The position numbers and the translations under genes were made by a program. The notes under the pieces were generated by a model. The model had not been told where the DNA came from. It saw nothing but the letters and a program-made list of their open reading frames with translations, and searched no databases. A stretch of DNA of 44,191 nt, counting the filler, from Catajapyx aquilonaris (Eukaryota), in assembly GCA_000934665.2 (NCBI GenBank). It is 2 parts of 2 records of this genome, joined end to end, with 100 filler letters (N's around TTAATTAATTAA, not from the genome) between each part and the next. Parts side by side here need not be neighbours in the genome. Positions count along the whole stretch, not along the records: positions 1 to 22,035 come from JYFJ02005926.1; positions 22,136 to 44,191 come from JYFJ02005927.1. One strand, 5' to 3'. This document shows, in pieces, positions 11,361 through 22,349 of this stretch. Each line of letters begins with the position of its first letter. Within the stretch, counting starts at the first letter, position 1.

Positions 11361-12380
11361 ATTATGCGCTTCATGTCAAAAGGGATTTTTTCTTTTCATG
11401 CTCCAGGCACCTCATGGAGTATTTTCATGGTTAGAATTGCCACCAGAAGTTTCAGGTAATTTTTGTACAGTTGCACAAGGTTTTTAAAATGAGTAAGTAA
11501 AAATTGTGTGTTATGGACATATCTGTTGGGCTTCGGTGGCCATTCTGGTGTCATTTCCCAGGATGATTTTAAGGGTTGAGAAACTCATGTCTATTTCCAG
11601 TGCCCTCCAAGGTTAACTTGCATTGTTCAGAGTGTAGGTATGTAAGTTCTCGATCAGAGCTGGTGGTTCTCCACTGCCATCCACCTCGTCTGCAACGTTG
11701 CTGGTGATTTTGAATGTTATTGAGTATTGTGTTTCTCTAACTTTCCGGATTTTTCTTAATTTTAATTTTTTATTGATTTTACCTTGTGATAGAGCTCTAA
11801 GCCCTTATAGGGGGGTGGCACACGACCATCAGTTTTCTAGTATGTAGAGCTTTCTTCACTCTCCGGTGCAAGGAATCAAGGACATAGGGTAATGATAGGG
11901 ATTTTTGGGGAGGAAACATAGGTGCAAGTGCAATGTCTGTAAAGGGGTCATGTGCTGTTCCCCAGGGGGTTAGGTTGCCAGACACCTCCTTGGTGCCGGT
12001 CAGAAACCCACTGACGCAGGTGAAAGGGAACTCCCAGGCGGGGATCGAACCTGGGACCTTTCATTCAGCAAGCCAAGACGTTACCATCTCGGCCACCACA
12101 CCTCCCCCATTCGGGATATTAATGAATATAATAAATAAATCAAGGACTTTCGAGATGTGAGAATTGAGTTTCGCAACCCTGTGGCAACATACGAAATGAC
12201 ATCAGAACGACCACCACGCCCAACAGATGTGCCGATAACAAGCAATTTTCACTTGCGTATTTTTAATGTACCAAATTTACCAGAAACTTTTAATGGTAGT
12301 TTCAACCCTGAAAATACTCCATAAGGTGCCTGGAACATGGAAAAAATAATAAAATCGCTTTTTGACACGAATTGCATAAT
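11361..12380. mobile_element. Long-inverted-repeat element with a nested SINE
   Basis: Degenerate inverted arms of ~200 bp (ATTATGC..CATGCTCCAGGCACCTCATGGAGTATTTTCA vs TGAAAATACTCCATAAGGTGCCTGGAACATG..GCATAAT). Confidence 0.7.
11762..12108 (-). mobile_element. tRNA-derived SINE, family A copy 1
   Basis: Minus strand has A box TGGCCGAGATGG and B box GGTTCGATCC; homologous to 16403-16754. Confidence 0.85.
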
Positions 12381-12441
12381 ACTCTCAACAAGCCTCCGGA
12401 CTGCAAGCTTTTACATGCCCAGTGACAGTAATCTTCTAGAC

Positions 12442-12706
12442 CAGTGGTTCCCAACCTGTGGTTCGCGACCCCCAAGGAGGTTGCGAAGCCTGTTCTTCGG
12501 GGGGTCGCGCGATGGCCGAGGTTATTTTTATAAATTCATAAATTAATACAATTAAAAAATAGAATAAACTTTATGGGAAATTTCACCACACATGTTTTTT
12601 TACAAACCTACTAATACTCATGGGGGGTGGGGGGGGGGGGTCGCAGGTTACTGGTTACTGGACTATCATGAAAGGGGGTCATGACCTGAAAAAGGTTGGG
12701 AACCAC
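12442..12706. mobile_element. hAT (Charlie/MER1-like) MITE
   Basis: CAGTGGTTCCCAACCT ... AGGTTGGGAACCAC with 8-bp TSD TTCTAGAC at 12434-12441 and 12707-12714. Confidence 0.85.
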
Positions 12707-12788
12707 TTCTAGACAGTGAAGCCAGTGAAGTACAATAAGACAATAAAAGGAAATAAACATTGGAACAGTGGAAGTACAATTATTATTA

Positions 12789-13048
12789 TATAATAATAAT
12801 AGATACCCCGTGATAAGCCTCCTTGGGCTTTTTAGGGGATCATCTTTTAATTGACCGACTTTAATCATTTGCCTTAATGTGATGGATTTTGATTGTGGGA
12901 GGAAACGGGAGAACCCCGAGAAAACCCATACTAACACGGAGAGAACTCATCGAAACTCTATCCACATAAGTATCCTCTGTCCGATCCGGGGATCGAACTC
13001 TGGACCTTAGAGGTGGAAGGCTGCCACTCCGCCACTGTGTCACCTTGT
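12789..13048 (-). mobile_element. tRNA-derived SINE, family B
   Basis: TSD GAAGTACAATTATTATTA (12771, 13049); minus strand has A box TGGCGGAGTGG, B box AGTTCGATCC and a (TTA)n tail. Confidence 0.8.
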
Positions 13049-13156
13049 GAAGTACAATTATTATTACACATACAGGAGGATTTATACGGAATTAAACATA
13101 TGTATTTACTGTACAGTACATCATAAATTGGTGACCAAAAATGATATTGCATAATT

Positions 13157-13405
13157 GAAGGGGTCGGTGCAATACCGCCCTAACCCACCAAATGACACAA
13201 ATTGAGTTAAGCACACTTCCATGTACTACACTCATGTATCTAATAAAATCCATTGAAATTGTGCAGTTTCTGCCATCGGTCACTGAGAAATCAAATGAAA
13301 TAAGTCACATGGTATATGGGATGTATATGGCCTCTCAAACTTTCAACTGCAGTTTTCTCAAAATCAGGTTTGGGAGGGTTAGGGCAGTATTGCACCGACC
13401 CCTTC
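13157..13405. mobile_element. MITE with 4-bp TSD (Sola-like)
   Basis: TIR GAAGGGGTCGGTGCAATAC.GCCCTAACCC; AATT on both flanks. Confidence 0.8.
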
Positions 13406-13449
13406 AATTGATAGGCATTGTTTCTAGCTTACCACCTGACATATTATAT

Positions 13450-14111
13450 GAGGGGGTGAAAATCAAAAACCGACAGCTCCAAAAAACAACAAAAATGAGT
13501 TAGCGCCGGCAATGCATTCCTCATGCCATAGAGTACATAATACCTTAATATGGTATTTAAAATCCTACAACAAAGCCGTCAAATGCAGGGGTGAAAAGTG
13601 ACCTCCGTAACAAAAACCGCCAGCTCCATCCCCACTCGCAGAAAATTACAGATCAGAAACCGCCAGCTCCATCACGAAACTAAAGCTATGGGAGACAGTA
13701 CATACTGCGAAGCTTGTACGGATACCGACAGTGCGAATTTTACAGAATTTACAGAATTTTAACAGAACGCCTTGCGTAATGCAATGGAACGTTGGTATGT
13801 AAGCGTGGAATAAACTTAAACATTTTCACGCCGGATAAACCTGTGTTTCATGTTTCCCTCACTCAATTTTGCATCAAAAACCGCCAGCTCCAGCCTGTTG
13901 CAAATCAAAAACCGCCCAGTGGCGGAATGGACGGTCCACAGCTCCTTGGGTAATGGCGGATGATTTCATAATAACTTACCAATGGTTGAGTTGCTAGTAA
14001 AGGAATCTATAGCCGCTACATTCATGTGTCTACGTTGACATACGGCGAAACTGTAGGTTTTTCTCCGTTACGTTTATGACGGAGCTGTCGGTTTTTGATT
14101 TTCACCCCCTC
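13450..14111. mobile_element. Sola-like non-autonomous element, copy 1
   Basis: TIR GAGGGGGTGAAAATCAAAAACCGACAGCTCC, TSD ATAT, and repeated internal AAAACCGCCAGCTCC motifs. Confidence 0.85.
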
Positions 14112-14558
14112 ATATCTTGGGCTGAAAATACCCACAATGCAGCTAAGCCTATTTGGACCCAGTGCCATTTGTTGCTGTGTGTGTACAATATACAGGGTGG
14201 CACTGGTAAATTAGGACACATTTTGTAGTCTTAACAGTACAAAGACAACAATATGTCGATTACTGTAATTGGTATAGCAACAAGCTGTGACTCTTGGGTT
14301 TACAAAATATGGCAAATATGGCCGCGGTGTTCGAATTTCATCTGCCGAACAGACAATTTTTCTCATTGGCCAACCAGCCGGCCAATCAGAATCACGCATC
14401 GCGTCACATGCATAAAATGAATATTGCAACAAGTATCGTATTATTCGAACACTGTATTTTACTTATCATCAGGCAAGTAGTAATAAAATGATCTGTACAC
14501 ATTATTCTTATTATTATTCTACTAATTCTTATTCTTATTCTTATTATATTGTTGTTGT

Positions 14559-14560
<2 letters not shown>

Positions 14561-14589
<29 letters not shown>

Positions 14590-14617
14590 AAGAAGAAGAA
14601 GAAGAAGAAGAAGAAGA
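14561..14617. repeat. (AAG)n microsatellite
   Basis: About 19 uninterrupted AAG units. Confidence 0.95.
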
Positions 14618-14841
14618 ATAATAATAGCTGGTCTGAACTGCAGTTCTGATCACTTTTCAGGATGCTCAAAGGTGTAGGCTACTGTTGGAGAATAATGCAA
14701 GAGTATGACTGGACTATTCAGGGCACTCCTTGCAGAGTCATTCCTAAATATTACAAAACAATACGTTGAACATTACTGTCTTAAAAAGCCACAGTAACAA
14801 CAGAGATGATATATTATAGTGATGTGCCTGAAAGTTACGGC

Positions 14842-15094
14842 AACCATGCCGTGGGGTCTTTCAGGACCCCATACATATTTTAATTTTTATTAATTTTTAT
14901 ATAATACTTTTCAATGTATATGACTATATGCAATCATTATTTGCCTGAACAATAGCTAAAATGATCGCTAATTCAAAAATAAACATGCACTTCCTGTTAT
15001 ATACTTTTTTAAATGGCAACAGTTCATTGTAATTATCATTTTAATTCCTGTGGGGTCCTACAAGACCCCATGTCATGGTTCCAGGGTTCCAGGG
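14842..15094. mobile_element. piggyBac-like MITE, left end truncated
   Basis: Inverted AACCATG..TGGGGTCTT..AGGACCCCA arms; right end AGGG|TTAA. Confidence 0.5.
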
Positions 15095-15158
15095 TTAAAT
15101 ACTATTTTTATATGTGTTGCTTCCTGTAGCAATGACTGCGTAAGAGAAGACCATATCT

Positions 15159-15818
15159 GAGGTGCTGAAAATCAAAAACCTACAGCTCCAAAAAAACAAC
15201 AAAAATGAGTTAGCGCCAGCAATGCATTCGTCATGCCATGGAGTACATGTACCTTAATATGGTATTTAAAACCCTACAACAAAGCCGTCAAAGGCAGGGG
15301 TGAAAATCGACCTCCGTAACAAAAACCGCCAGCTCCATCCCCACTCGCAGAAAATTACAGATCAAAAACCACCAGCTCCATCACGAAACTAAAGCTGACA
15401 TGGGAGACAGTACATACTGCGAAGCTCGTACGGATAACGACGGTGCGTGAGATGCGCATTTAACAGAACACCTTGCGTAATGTAATGGAACATTGGTATG
15501 TAAGCGTGGAATAAACTTAAACATTTACATGGATAAACTTGTGTTTCATGTTTCCCTCACTCAATTTTGCATCAAAAAGCGCCAACTCCTGCTGTTGCAA
15601 ATCAAAAACCATCCAGTGGCGGAATGGAGGGTCCACAGCTCATTGGGTAATGGCGGATGATTTCATAATAACTTACCAATGGTTGTGTTGCTAGTAAAGG
15701 AATCTATAGCCGCTATACATTCAGGTATCTACATTGACATACGGCGAAACTGTAGGTTTTTTTCGTTTTTCTCCATTACGTTTATGACGGAGCTGTCGGT
15801 TTTTATTTTAACCCCCTC
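15159..15818. mobile_element. Sola-like non-autonomous element, copy 2
   Basis: Full-length homolog of 13450-14111 in the same orientation, with its own TSD ATCT. Confidence 0.85.
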
Positions 15819-16402
15819 ATCTTTCCTGCTGCCATGTGGTGTTATTCCCTGGTTGAACCGCCTGCAGAGAATCCAAGCAAGCAGTGACAACACTGAAGGC
15901 AACATGCAAGATCGATGGACAACGGATGGTGCCATATCTTCAAAGTGGGTGCCAGTTGTAGACAGCAGGTTTCAATAATAATATGAGATAGTTTTTAAAA
16001 TATGTAAAATGAAAACATTTCACATATTAAAAGGAGGGAGGGATGTTGATAATATGGACAGGAAATATTTTAAGGTTTCTGGAATTGACTTACTAGTACC
16101 AAGAGCTAATAACCGCTAGTACTGATAGGTGATACACTTGCAAAGCCACATACTACAGTACTTGCTACGCACATAAAGACACATATATGCTGTACAAAAA
16201 GCTGCAGGGACACCACCAGCATCAATAACTTCCCTTCAGTGTATGGTACTATACATGGTGTGTGCTGCATCCTGCATGCAGTGCGCAAATCCAAAATTCA
16301 AGGCATGCCAGGAAGAGCATGAATTTAGGAATTGTTTGGCCTAGCAACCAATTGAAAGTAAAGGCAACAATGATGACACTATAAGAGTAAATAGCAAGAT
16401 GA

Positions 16403-16754
16403 TTATTTTTTTTCTTTTTTTACGTTACCCCGTGATAAGGCTGAGCCTTTTTAGGGGGGTGGAGTACCACCATTTAACTCCATTTTTCCTATTATCTTCA
16501 TTCACCGGTGCAAGGAGTCAAGAATGTAGGGTAGGGATAGGGATTTTTGGGGAAGGAACATTGGTGCAAGTGCAATGTCGGTAAAGGGGTCATGTGCTGT
16601 TCCCCAGGAGGTTAGGTTGCCAGACACCTTCTTGGTGCAGGTCAGAGACCCTCCTGACGCAGGTGAAAGGAAAGTTCCCCAGGCGAGGATCGAACCTGGG
16701 GCCTTTCATTCAGCAAGCCGAGACGTTACCATCTCGGCCATCTACACCTCCCCC
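16403..16754 (-). mobile_element. tRNA-derived SINE, family A copy 2
   Basis: Homologous to 11762-12108; A and B boxes on the minus strand; A-rich tail. Confidence 0.85.
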
Positions 16755-19700
16755 GCTATACCCATACTATAAATATATTAAATTTGATTACATGATGGAA
16801 CAACATTTTCACCTGGGCCTCCCCCTCCCTGCATTACGTCTATTATAACGAATCTGCGCAACAATAATTCTAGCACTTTCTGGTTAGATGGATAGGTATA
16901 TGTTGTTAGATTTGATGATATTCAGTTCTGTTCTCTCTGTAATTTCTCTGTAATCGTTCTTTAACTCGCATCACTTTCGTTACTCCTGGCGCTTTTTTAA
17001 AACCGGTAGACAGCGTTACTTAAGCGATATGCCTACCGCGCCACCAAATAAATTCCATCATGTTTTCTATCCCTGGTCTAAACCTGACATTAAATTGTAT
17101 AATTTTTTCAGAGATGCTTGTAAATTACTGAAATTTTGTGACATTGTTTTGTATAGAGTGTTCAGTTTTGACACTATCTGTTACTTGTTAGTTGTTACTA
17201 TATATATATATGAGTCCCCCCCCCCCTCTATGGAACGCCAGTTCCCTTCGGGGGGAGTATCAATAAATTTGATTTCATTTGATTATTCCGCATATTTTAA
17301 CGCATTTCATAATATTAAATCAGCCTAACAGTTGGTCGGCTGTACTCCAATTTCCAGTTTTATACCCTTTTTTTGGAAATTAATTTAGGGACTGCTAGAT
17401 GAGTAAAATTGTTCCAAACACATTCATAGTGTTTTCCCAGATCAGGTAAGTGTAGCTGTTATTTGTAAAATATCTTGTCAGTATCTTCGGAGTATGCGTA
17501 AGCTGAAATCTGTGTGGTTCGGGCCTATCTGGTAGCGAAGGGGTTAAAAAATAAATAAATAAATAAAATGTACACAGACTTACCCAATATTTTCATAAAT
17601 TCCTTCGGTAGTCTCCAGCAGTCTCCCTGAAGATTTCCTTGATCCCCGTTTAAGGTAGGAACTACCAAGTGGATGTGGTCATTATTACTTTGGTCCTTGG
17701 GAATCTGCCAAATTAATAAATCCTGGGCCCATTGATATGCATCCAACTCGCACAACCAGGGAAAAGAGACTCCGACAAGAATGAAATAAAGCCAACTCTT
17801 TATCATCAACTTGATTATTTTATTGTATTTTTATATTACAATATATCAGATCCCTCAATCGTAAAAAGGAATGGATACATTTAACATGGGTAGATATTAC
17901 ATTTGCGCAAGTTTGAACTGATGACCTGTGCTGGCCTGGGAGATGAAACCGATCATGATTCCAACTAATGAAAAAACATGATTACGCAACATAATTTCCT
18001 TATTCGTGATTCAAAGACCAGACCAGCACAAGTCCTCCAGACGCTGAGGGAAGGAAGGGGAGCTCTTCTTGCCTTTTTTTTAAAAGCGAGTTCCTCCCCA
18101 CTGGTTCTAAATAACTTGCTTGCCAGATATAACATTTAGAAAATAAAATGGGAGTAAAATAATAATTTAAAATAATAATAATAACAGGAATGATATGAAA
18201 ACGAAGGCCCACCTCTACCACGTTGGACGTGAAAAAAAAAGTTGAGGCGGTACTACAAAAAGTATGGGGGATGCACATATTAGGAATGTCCGGAACTGTC
18301 CGAAAAACACTTTGTCAGAAATGTAATATGTTCAGTGATTATTCAATTTGATGAATTATGCTGCTTTACTGATATGTGGCGCAATTTCAACACCTGCTAT
18401 GTTCAAAATCAACTCATAAATAAGCATCTGTGCAAATGTATCAGGCGATGCAAACTGCATCATCAGAATATGTAGTTAAACTGTCCAGTGGTCAAAACAG
18501 TCTAGCGGACAACAACAAGTGCATGCCAGACAGTCGCAGACAGACCAAAACGCTTTTTCATTCACTCTCATTTTTGTTAAATAAATCTTTACAGAACATG
18601 ATTGATAAACGGGGGTTATTTCCCTTGAGCATTGTTTCTCTATCAATGATTTTTCTTTAATTCTCTCTGTTTAAAAAGAAATGGAATATGTAAATGGCAT
18701 GATTCGAATGATTTTTCTAAATATATACTGTATTTATAAGCTCTCTTGATGTGTGAGGATCATCTTGGATGCAAAAAAATAAACATTTATCTAACATAAA
18801 CATGGATAAAAACTGTACATGATTACGTGCCAGGGAAAAAAAATCATTTTCTAAACTTTTCGTTACATCCTCATGAAGTCACACTTTTTTTAACCAACTT
18901 GATTCCGTTTAAGATAATTATAACCAATAAAGATCTGGCATAAATCTGTCTTTTTTCAGGGCATGATTTTGGGAAAACCAGGATTTGGGGGGCGGGGGTG
19001 GGGGGGGGGGGTTACTTGTCGGAACTATATGTGCCATTGGGAATTTTTCAGGGTGTTAGTATTCTGATACATTGTAAGCAACTGCTGGAGAGTAACTGCC
19101 GAATAATAACAAAGACTGTCCCCTGGAATGCTGAACTACTGACATTTCGGATGGTATACCCTCCTGAAGCCCAGAATATTTTTTAAATATTTGTTAAATT
19201 TTTTAATTTTGCTAAAAAAAAATTTTTCTAAAAATTTTTTTTTTCAAAAATTTTAAAACCCAATGGCTAGAGGGCTGTACGCTGGGCGTCAGGAGGATAC
19301 ATCTTTTTTTAATCATTTCCGAATATTAATAAATTCTTATCTTCTGTAGATGGCATCCTTTTCTACCTACAACTTTCCAGCAGGGGCAAAAGCTCTTAAA
19401 ACATTATTTTTATCCCACGATATGTTGCAAGACAACTACGGCGTACACAACACTGATCGAACCTGCCCAACATTGCCAAACACACACGAGTCTTTGAAAC
19501 ACACATAACAGTGAGAGATGGAAACGATGACATTATTCCATACCTAACAGGCTAAAATGACAAGCTTTGTTGACATCACACCAAAGATGACAGTAGGGGG
19601 TGGGGGGGGGGGGCGTTAAAGAAGCAGCAGGGGGCTGAGGTTTGTAACCGATACTCTTATCTACCGTTTTTTAAAAGGGTTGGGGACGAACGAGAAGGAG

Positions 19701-19801
19701 TGGATGTGGAACGTGAAGTCAATTTAAAAAAGACCCTAATCCAATTGGATAATAACACTGTGATGGCACAAGGATTAATAGGATGGGGGTATGTGCTGCG
19801 A

Positions 19802-19990
19802 TCACTTTTTTAGTAGAGATGAACTCTGAATCTCGTAGAGCCGCTTGTGGAGCTTGTCCTGGTTCTGCTGGAGCATGGCCTGCTCCTTCTCCATGGCACG
19901 GTGACTGCTCTGAAGCTCCGCGCAGAACTGAGCCGCCCTCTCCAGGATCCTCACTATAGTGGCCCGCTCGTCTCCAGCGATCTCCGGGAT
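19802..19990 (-). CDS. Myc-like bHLH-ZIP, loop/helix 2/leucine-zipper exon
   Basis: After acceptor CAG: IPEIAGDERATIVRILERAAQFCAELQSSHRAMEKEQAMLQQNQDKLHKRLYEIQ, cf. Myc [23 protein letters not shown] plus zipper; heptad L/M/L/L; TGA stop. Confidence 0.7.
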   Translation of the reverse strand: MPEIAGDERATIVRILERAAQFCAELQSSHRAMEKEQAMLQQNQDKLHKRLYEIQSSSLLKK

Positions 19991-20074
19991 CTGCCATGAG
20001 AAACACCCAACATTTTTACGTTTTACCACACCGGTCCTCCAGAGAGAGGGCAAAGATTGGGAGTCAGTGTTTAC

Positions 20075-20578
20075 CTGGTCACGAAGATTGGCCAGCAAAT
20101 TGCCCTGGTAGATAAGCCTCCGTCTGTCCCGGTAATTTTTCATGGTCTTGGTCGTTCTAAGCCTGGTGGCCCTGGACAGTTGAATAAGCTGCCTGCTCCC
20201 CAGTGCGTTTGGGTTCGCCGGAAGGGACGTCCTGGTCACTGCCGGTTGCGGCTGAACAGGCGTCGTCGGCAACTGAGACGGCGTCGGCGTGGTGGTCTCA
20301 ATCTCCGGGAAGGTGCTGCTCCTGGCTTGTGGGAGCAGCTGGCTGATGGGCCTTACAGTCAAGATGGGTCTGGTCGTCTCCACTCTGCCGACACTGGCTA
20401 TCTCCGGGAAGGTGCTGCTCCTGGCTTGTGGGAGCAGCTGGCTGATGGGCCTTACTCTCAAGATGGGTCTGGTCGTCTCCACGTTGACCACCGCTATCTC
20501 CTCCTCCTGCTCTGTTAACGAAAAACGAGACAGCCAAGTAGAGACCCATTCCGGACACACGTGTTGCCCCATGGCCAT
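20075..20578 (-). CDS. Myc-like bHLH-ZIP, Thr/Pro-rich and basic/helix 1 exon (start uncertain)
   Basis: Open frame ending TMKNYRDRRRLIYQGNLLANLRDQ|GTAAAC. Starts either at ATG 20578/20572 or after the splice acceptor at 20512-20513. Confidence 0.6.
20301..20482. repeat. 83-bp coding direct repeat, period 99 bp
   Basis: 20301-20383 and 20400-20482 differ by 2 nt; encodes VETTRPIL(R/T)VRPISQLLPQARSSTFPEI twice on the minus strand. Confidence 0.9.
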
Positions 20579-20714
20579 GAAAACTTGTCGGCTTCTCCTA
20601 ATTTGAGCACTATATGATGAAACACAATAAGCTGGAAGGAACCAATATACCCGATGGCAAGCTCTGTTCTTACCAAGCTGAAAATAAGTCACACCATACA
20701 GGTCTCACAAACTG

Positions 20715-20915
20715 AGACACAGGGGTAAAAAGGCATTTTGTTGCAGTAAATATTGTGAGAAGGCTTTTACCATAAAGAACAACTTACCAAGACACTGACC
20801 CTTTTCAGCTGGGTTTGAAGCCTTACTGCTGTGACATTTGCAGTAAGCATTTTCTTTGATAATCCACAATATTGCAGAATCATAAGAGGACCCACACTGG
20901 TGAAAGGCAGTATAG
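20715..20915 (+). pseudogene. Decayed C2H2 zinc-finger array remnant
   Basis: RHRGKKAFCCSKYCEKAFTIKNNLPRH*, a frameshift, then KPYCCDICSKHFL**STILQNHKRTHTGERQY (TGEKP-type linker, in-frame stops). Confidence 0.7.
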
Positions 20916-21364
20916 TGTAGCATGGGTTGCCAGCGCCCGGGGCAAACCAAGTATTCCCCCCCCCCCTCCCCCCAAGCACACAAATTATTGTATTTTAAGA
21001 AAAAAACTGATGTAATCAAAGAAAATGCATTAAATGCTAGTGTAAAGGAATGAATTCTCGGAAGGGAGAAAAATGATCTTTTCCCAAAGAAAGCTGACTA
21101 AAGATGAGGGTAAATCCAGTGCCATGTTTTATGTGGGGTGGGGGTGGGGTGGAGACCCCCCCCCCTCCACGTTTTGCCAATTATGGGGAGGATTCAGCAA
21201 AGGGGGGTGAAAAAAAAGATAAGAAGTCAAATGTTCAAATCGCAAAAAAAATATGTGCGACAGAAATTATTATTTAGATTCTCGTAGATTTCCTTTCGGA
21301 GGAAAAGTGCCGCTACATACAGTGACACATGGGCCCTATTTGGCCTCCGCGGATGACTGATGTA

Positions 21365-21680
21365 ACTCCCATGAAAATGCTCGTCTTGACGCATGTGTTG
21401 CATGCTATGATAGAAGGAAGATTCAGGCCTGGGGGATGGCATATCCTGCAGCACCCACCATACGGCCCTGACTTGGCCTAAGTGATAATTGCCATCTCTT
21501 CAAGTACCAATGAAGAAGCACCTGGCCTATCAACACTTCTGCAACATCGAGGAAGTGAAAGATGCAGTCATCCACTGGCTTTTCAGTTTTCAGCCAGCCT
21601 GCCTCTTTTTTCTGAAGTGGCATGGAAAAATTAGTCTCCATTTGGGATAAGTGTATCAAAGTGTATGGTGACTGTGCCTA
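21365..21680 (+). pseudogene. Degenerate mariner transposase C-terminal fragment
   Basis: HENAR.., HPPYGPDLA*, HLF, MKKHL, EVKDAVIHWL and GMEKLVSIWDKCIKVYGD across broken frames. Confidence 0.8.
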
Positions 21681-22035
21681 AAATTAGAGAAATACTTGCC
21701 CTTTCACATGTGCATGTCAGTTTGAGTTTCTGTAGTGAAGATTCGTAATTTTAAAAAGTTGCCATATACTTTTTATTCTCCTTATGTTGTTGCAAAGGTC
21801 AAAATGATCATTTTCGCTTCATCTGACAAAACTTTTAATTAATTCTGATGGTGATGTCCAGGTGATGTCAGACAGGCTGGCATGTCTGCCACAGAAAAGG
21901 ATGAGCTTATATCCAACTAATTTTTTATAGAGTCCTTCCAGAAAGTAACAGTTGAAATTATCAAGTAAATTTAGTTGATGAAGGCGTGAAATTCATTAAG
22001 CGGCGTAACCACGGTTTTGAGCTGGGGGGGGGGGG

Positions 22036-22135
22036 NNNNNNNNNNNNNNNNNNNNNNNNNNNNNNNNNNNNNNNNNNNNTTAATTAATTAANNNNNNNNN
22101 NNNNNNNNNNNNNNNNNNNNNNNNNNNNNNNNNNN
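22036..22135. other. Assembly gap / contig-joining spacer
   Basis: 44 N + TTAATTAATTAA (stops in all six frames) + 44 N = exactly 100 bp. Confidence 0.95.
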
Positions 22136-22349
22136 GTGAAATATGACAACTGCCAAGTTGCTCCCCTCCTATAAAATTTTTACATATTAAACAGGTTCCA
22201 AAAATGAATTGTACATTCACCTTGAGACCAGACAAAATATCTGCCATAAATAAGTTTCTGCATTATTTTCTGCAGGCTTCTCATCTTTGCACTCTAGATA
22301 AACCTATTTAAAATATCCACTTCAAATTACTACCAATGGTAATATTTAC

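Noticed and set aside
12030..12108. tRNA-like sequence with A/B boxes (also ~16680-16754, ~12980-13045, ~6460-6510)
   Set aside because: SINE heads attached to repeated bodies, tails and TSDs; not bona fide tRNA genes.
20558..20563. Canonical E-box CACGTG near the Myc-like start (autoregulation idea)
   Set aside because: A single hexamer is expected by chance several times in 44 kb.
20057..20606. Plus-strand 153-aa and 105-aa ORFs with repeats
   Set aside because: Shadows of the minus-strand Myc-like exon and its 99-bp-period repeat.
9014..22035. Search for the missing 3' exons of KIAA0513 left of the spacer
   Set aside because: No FWNAAF- or FGQLG-like coding segment recognised by eye on the minus strand.
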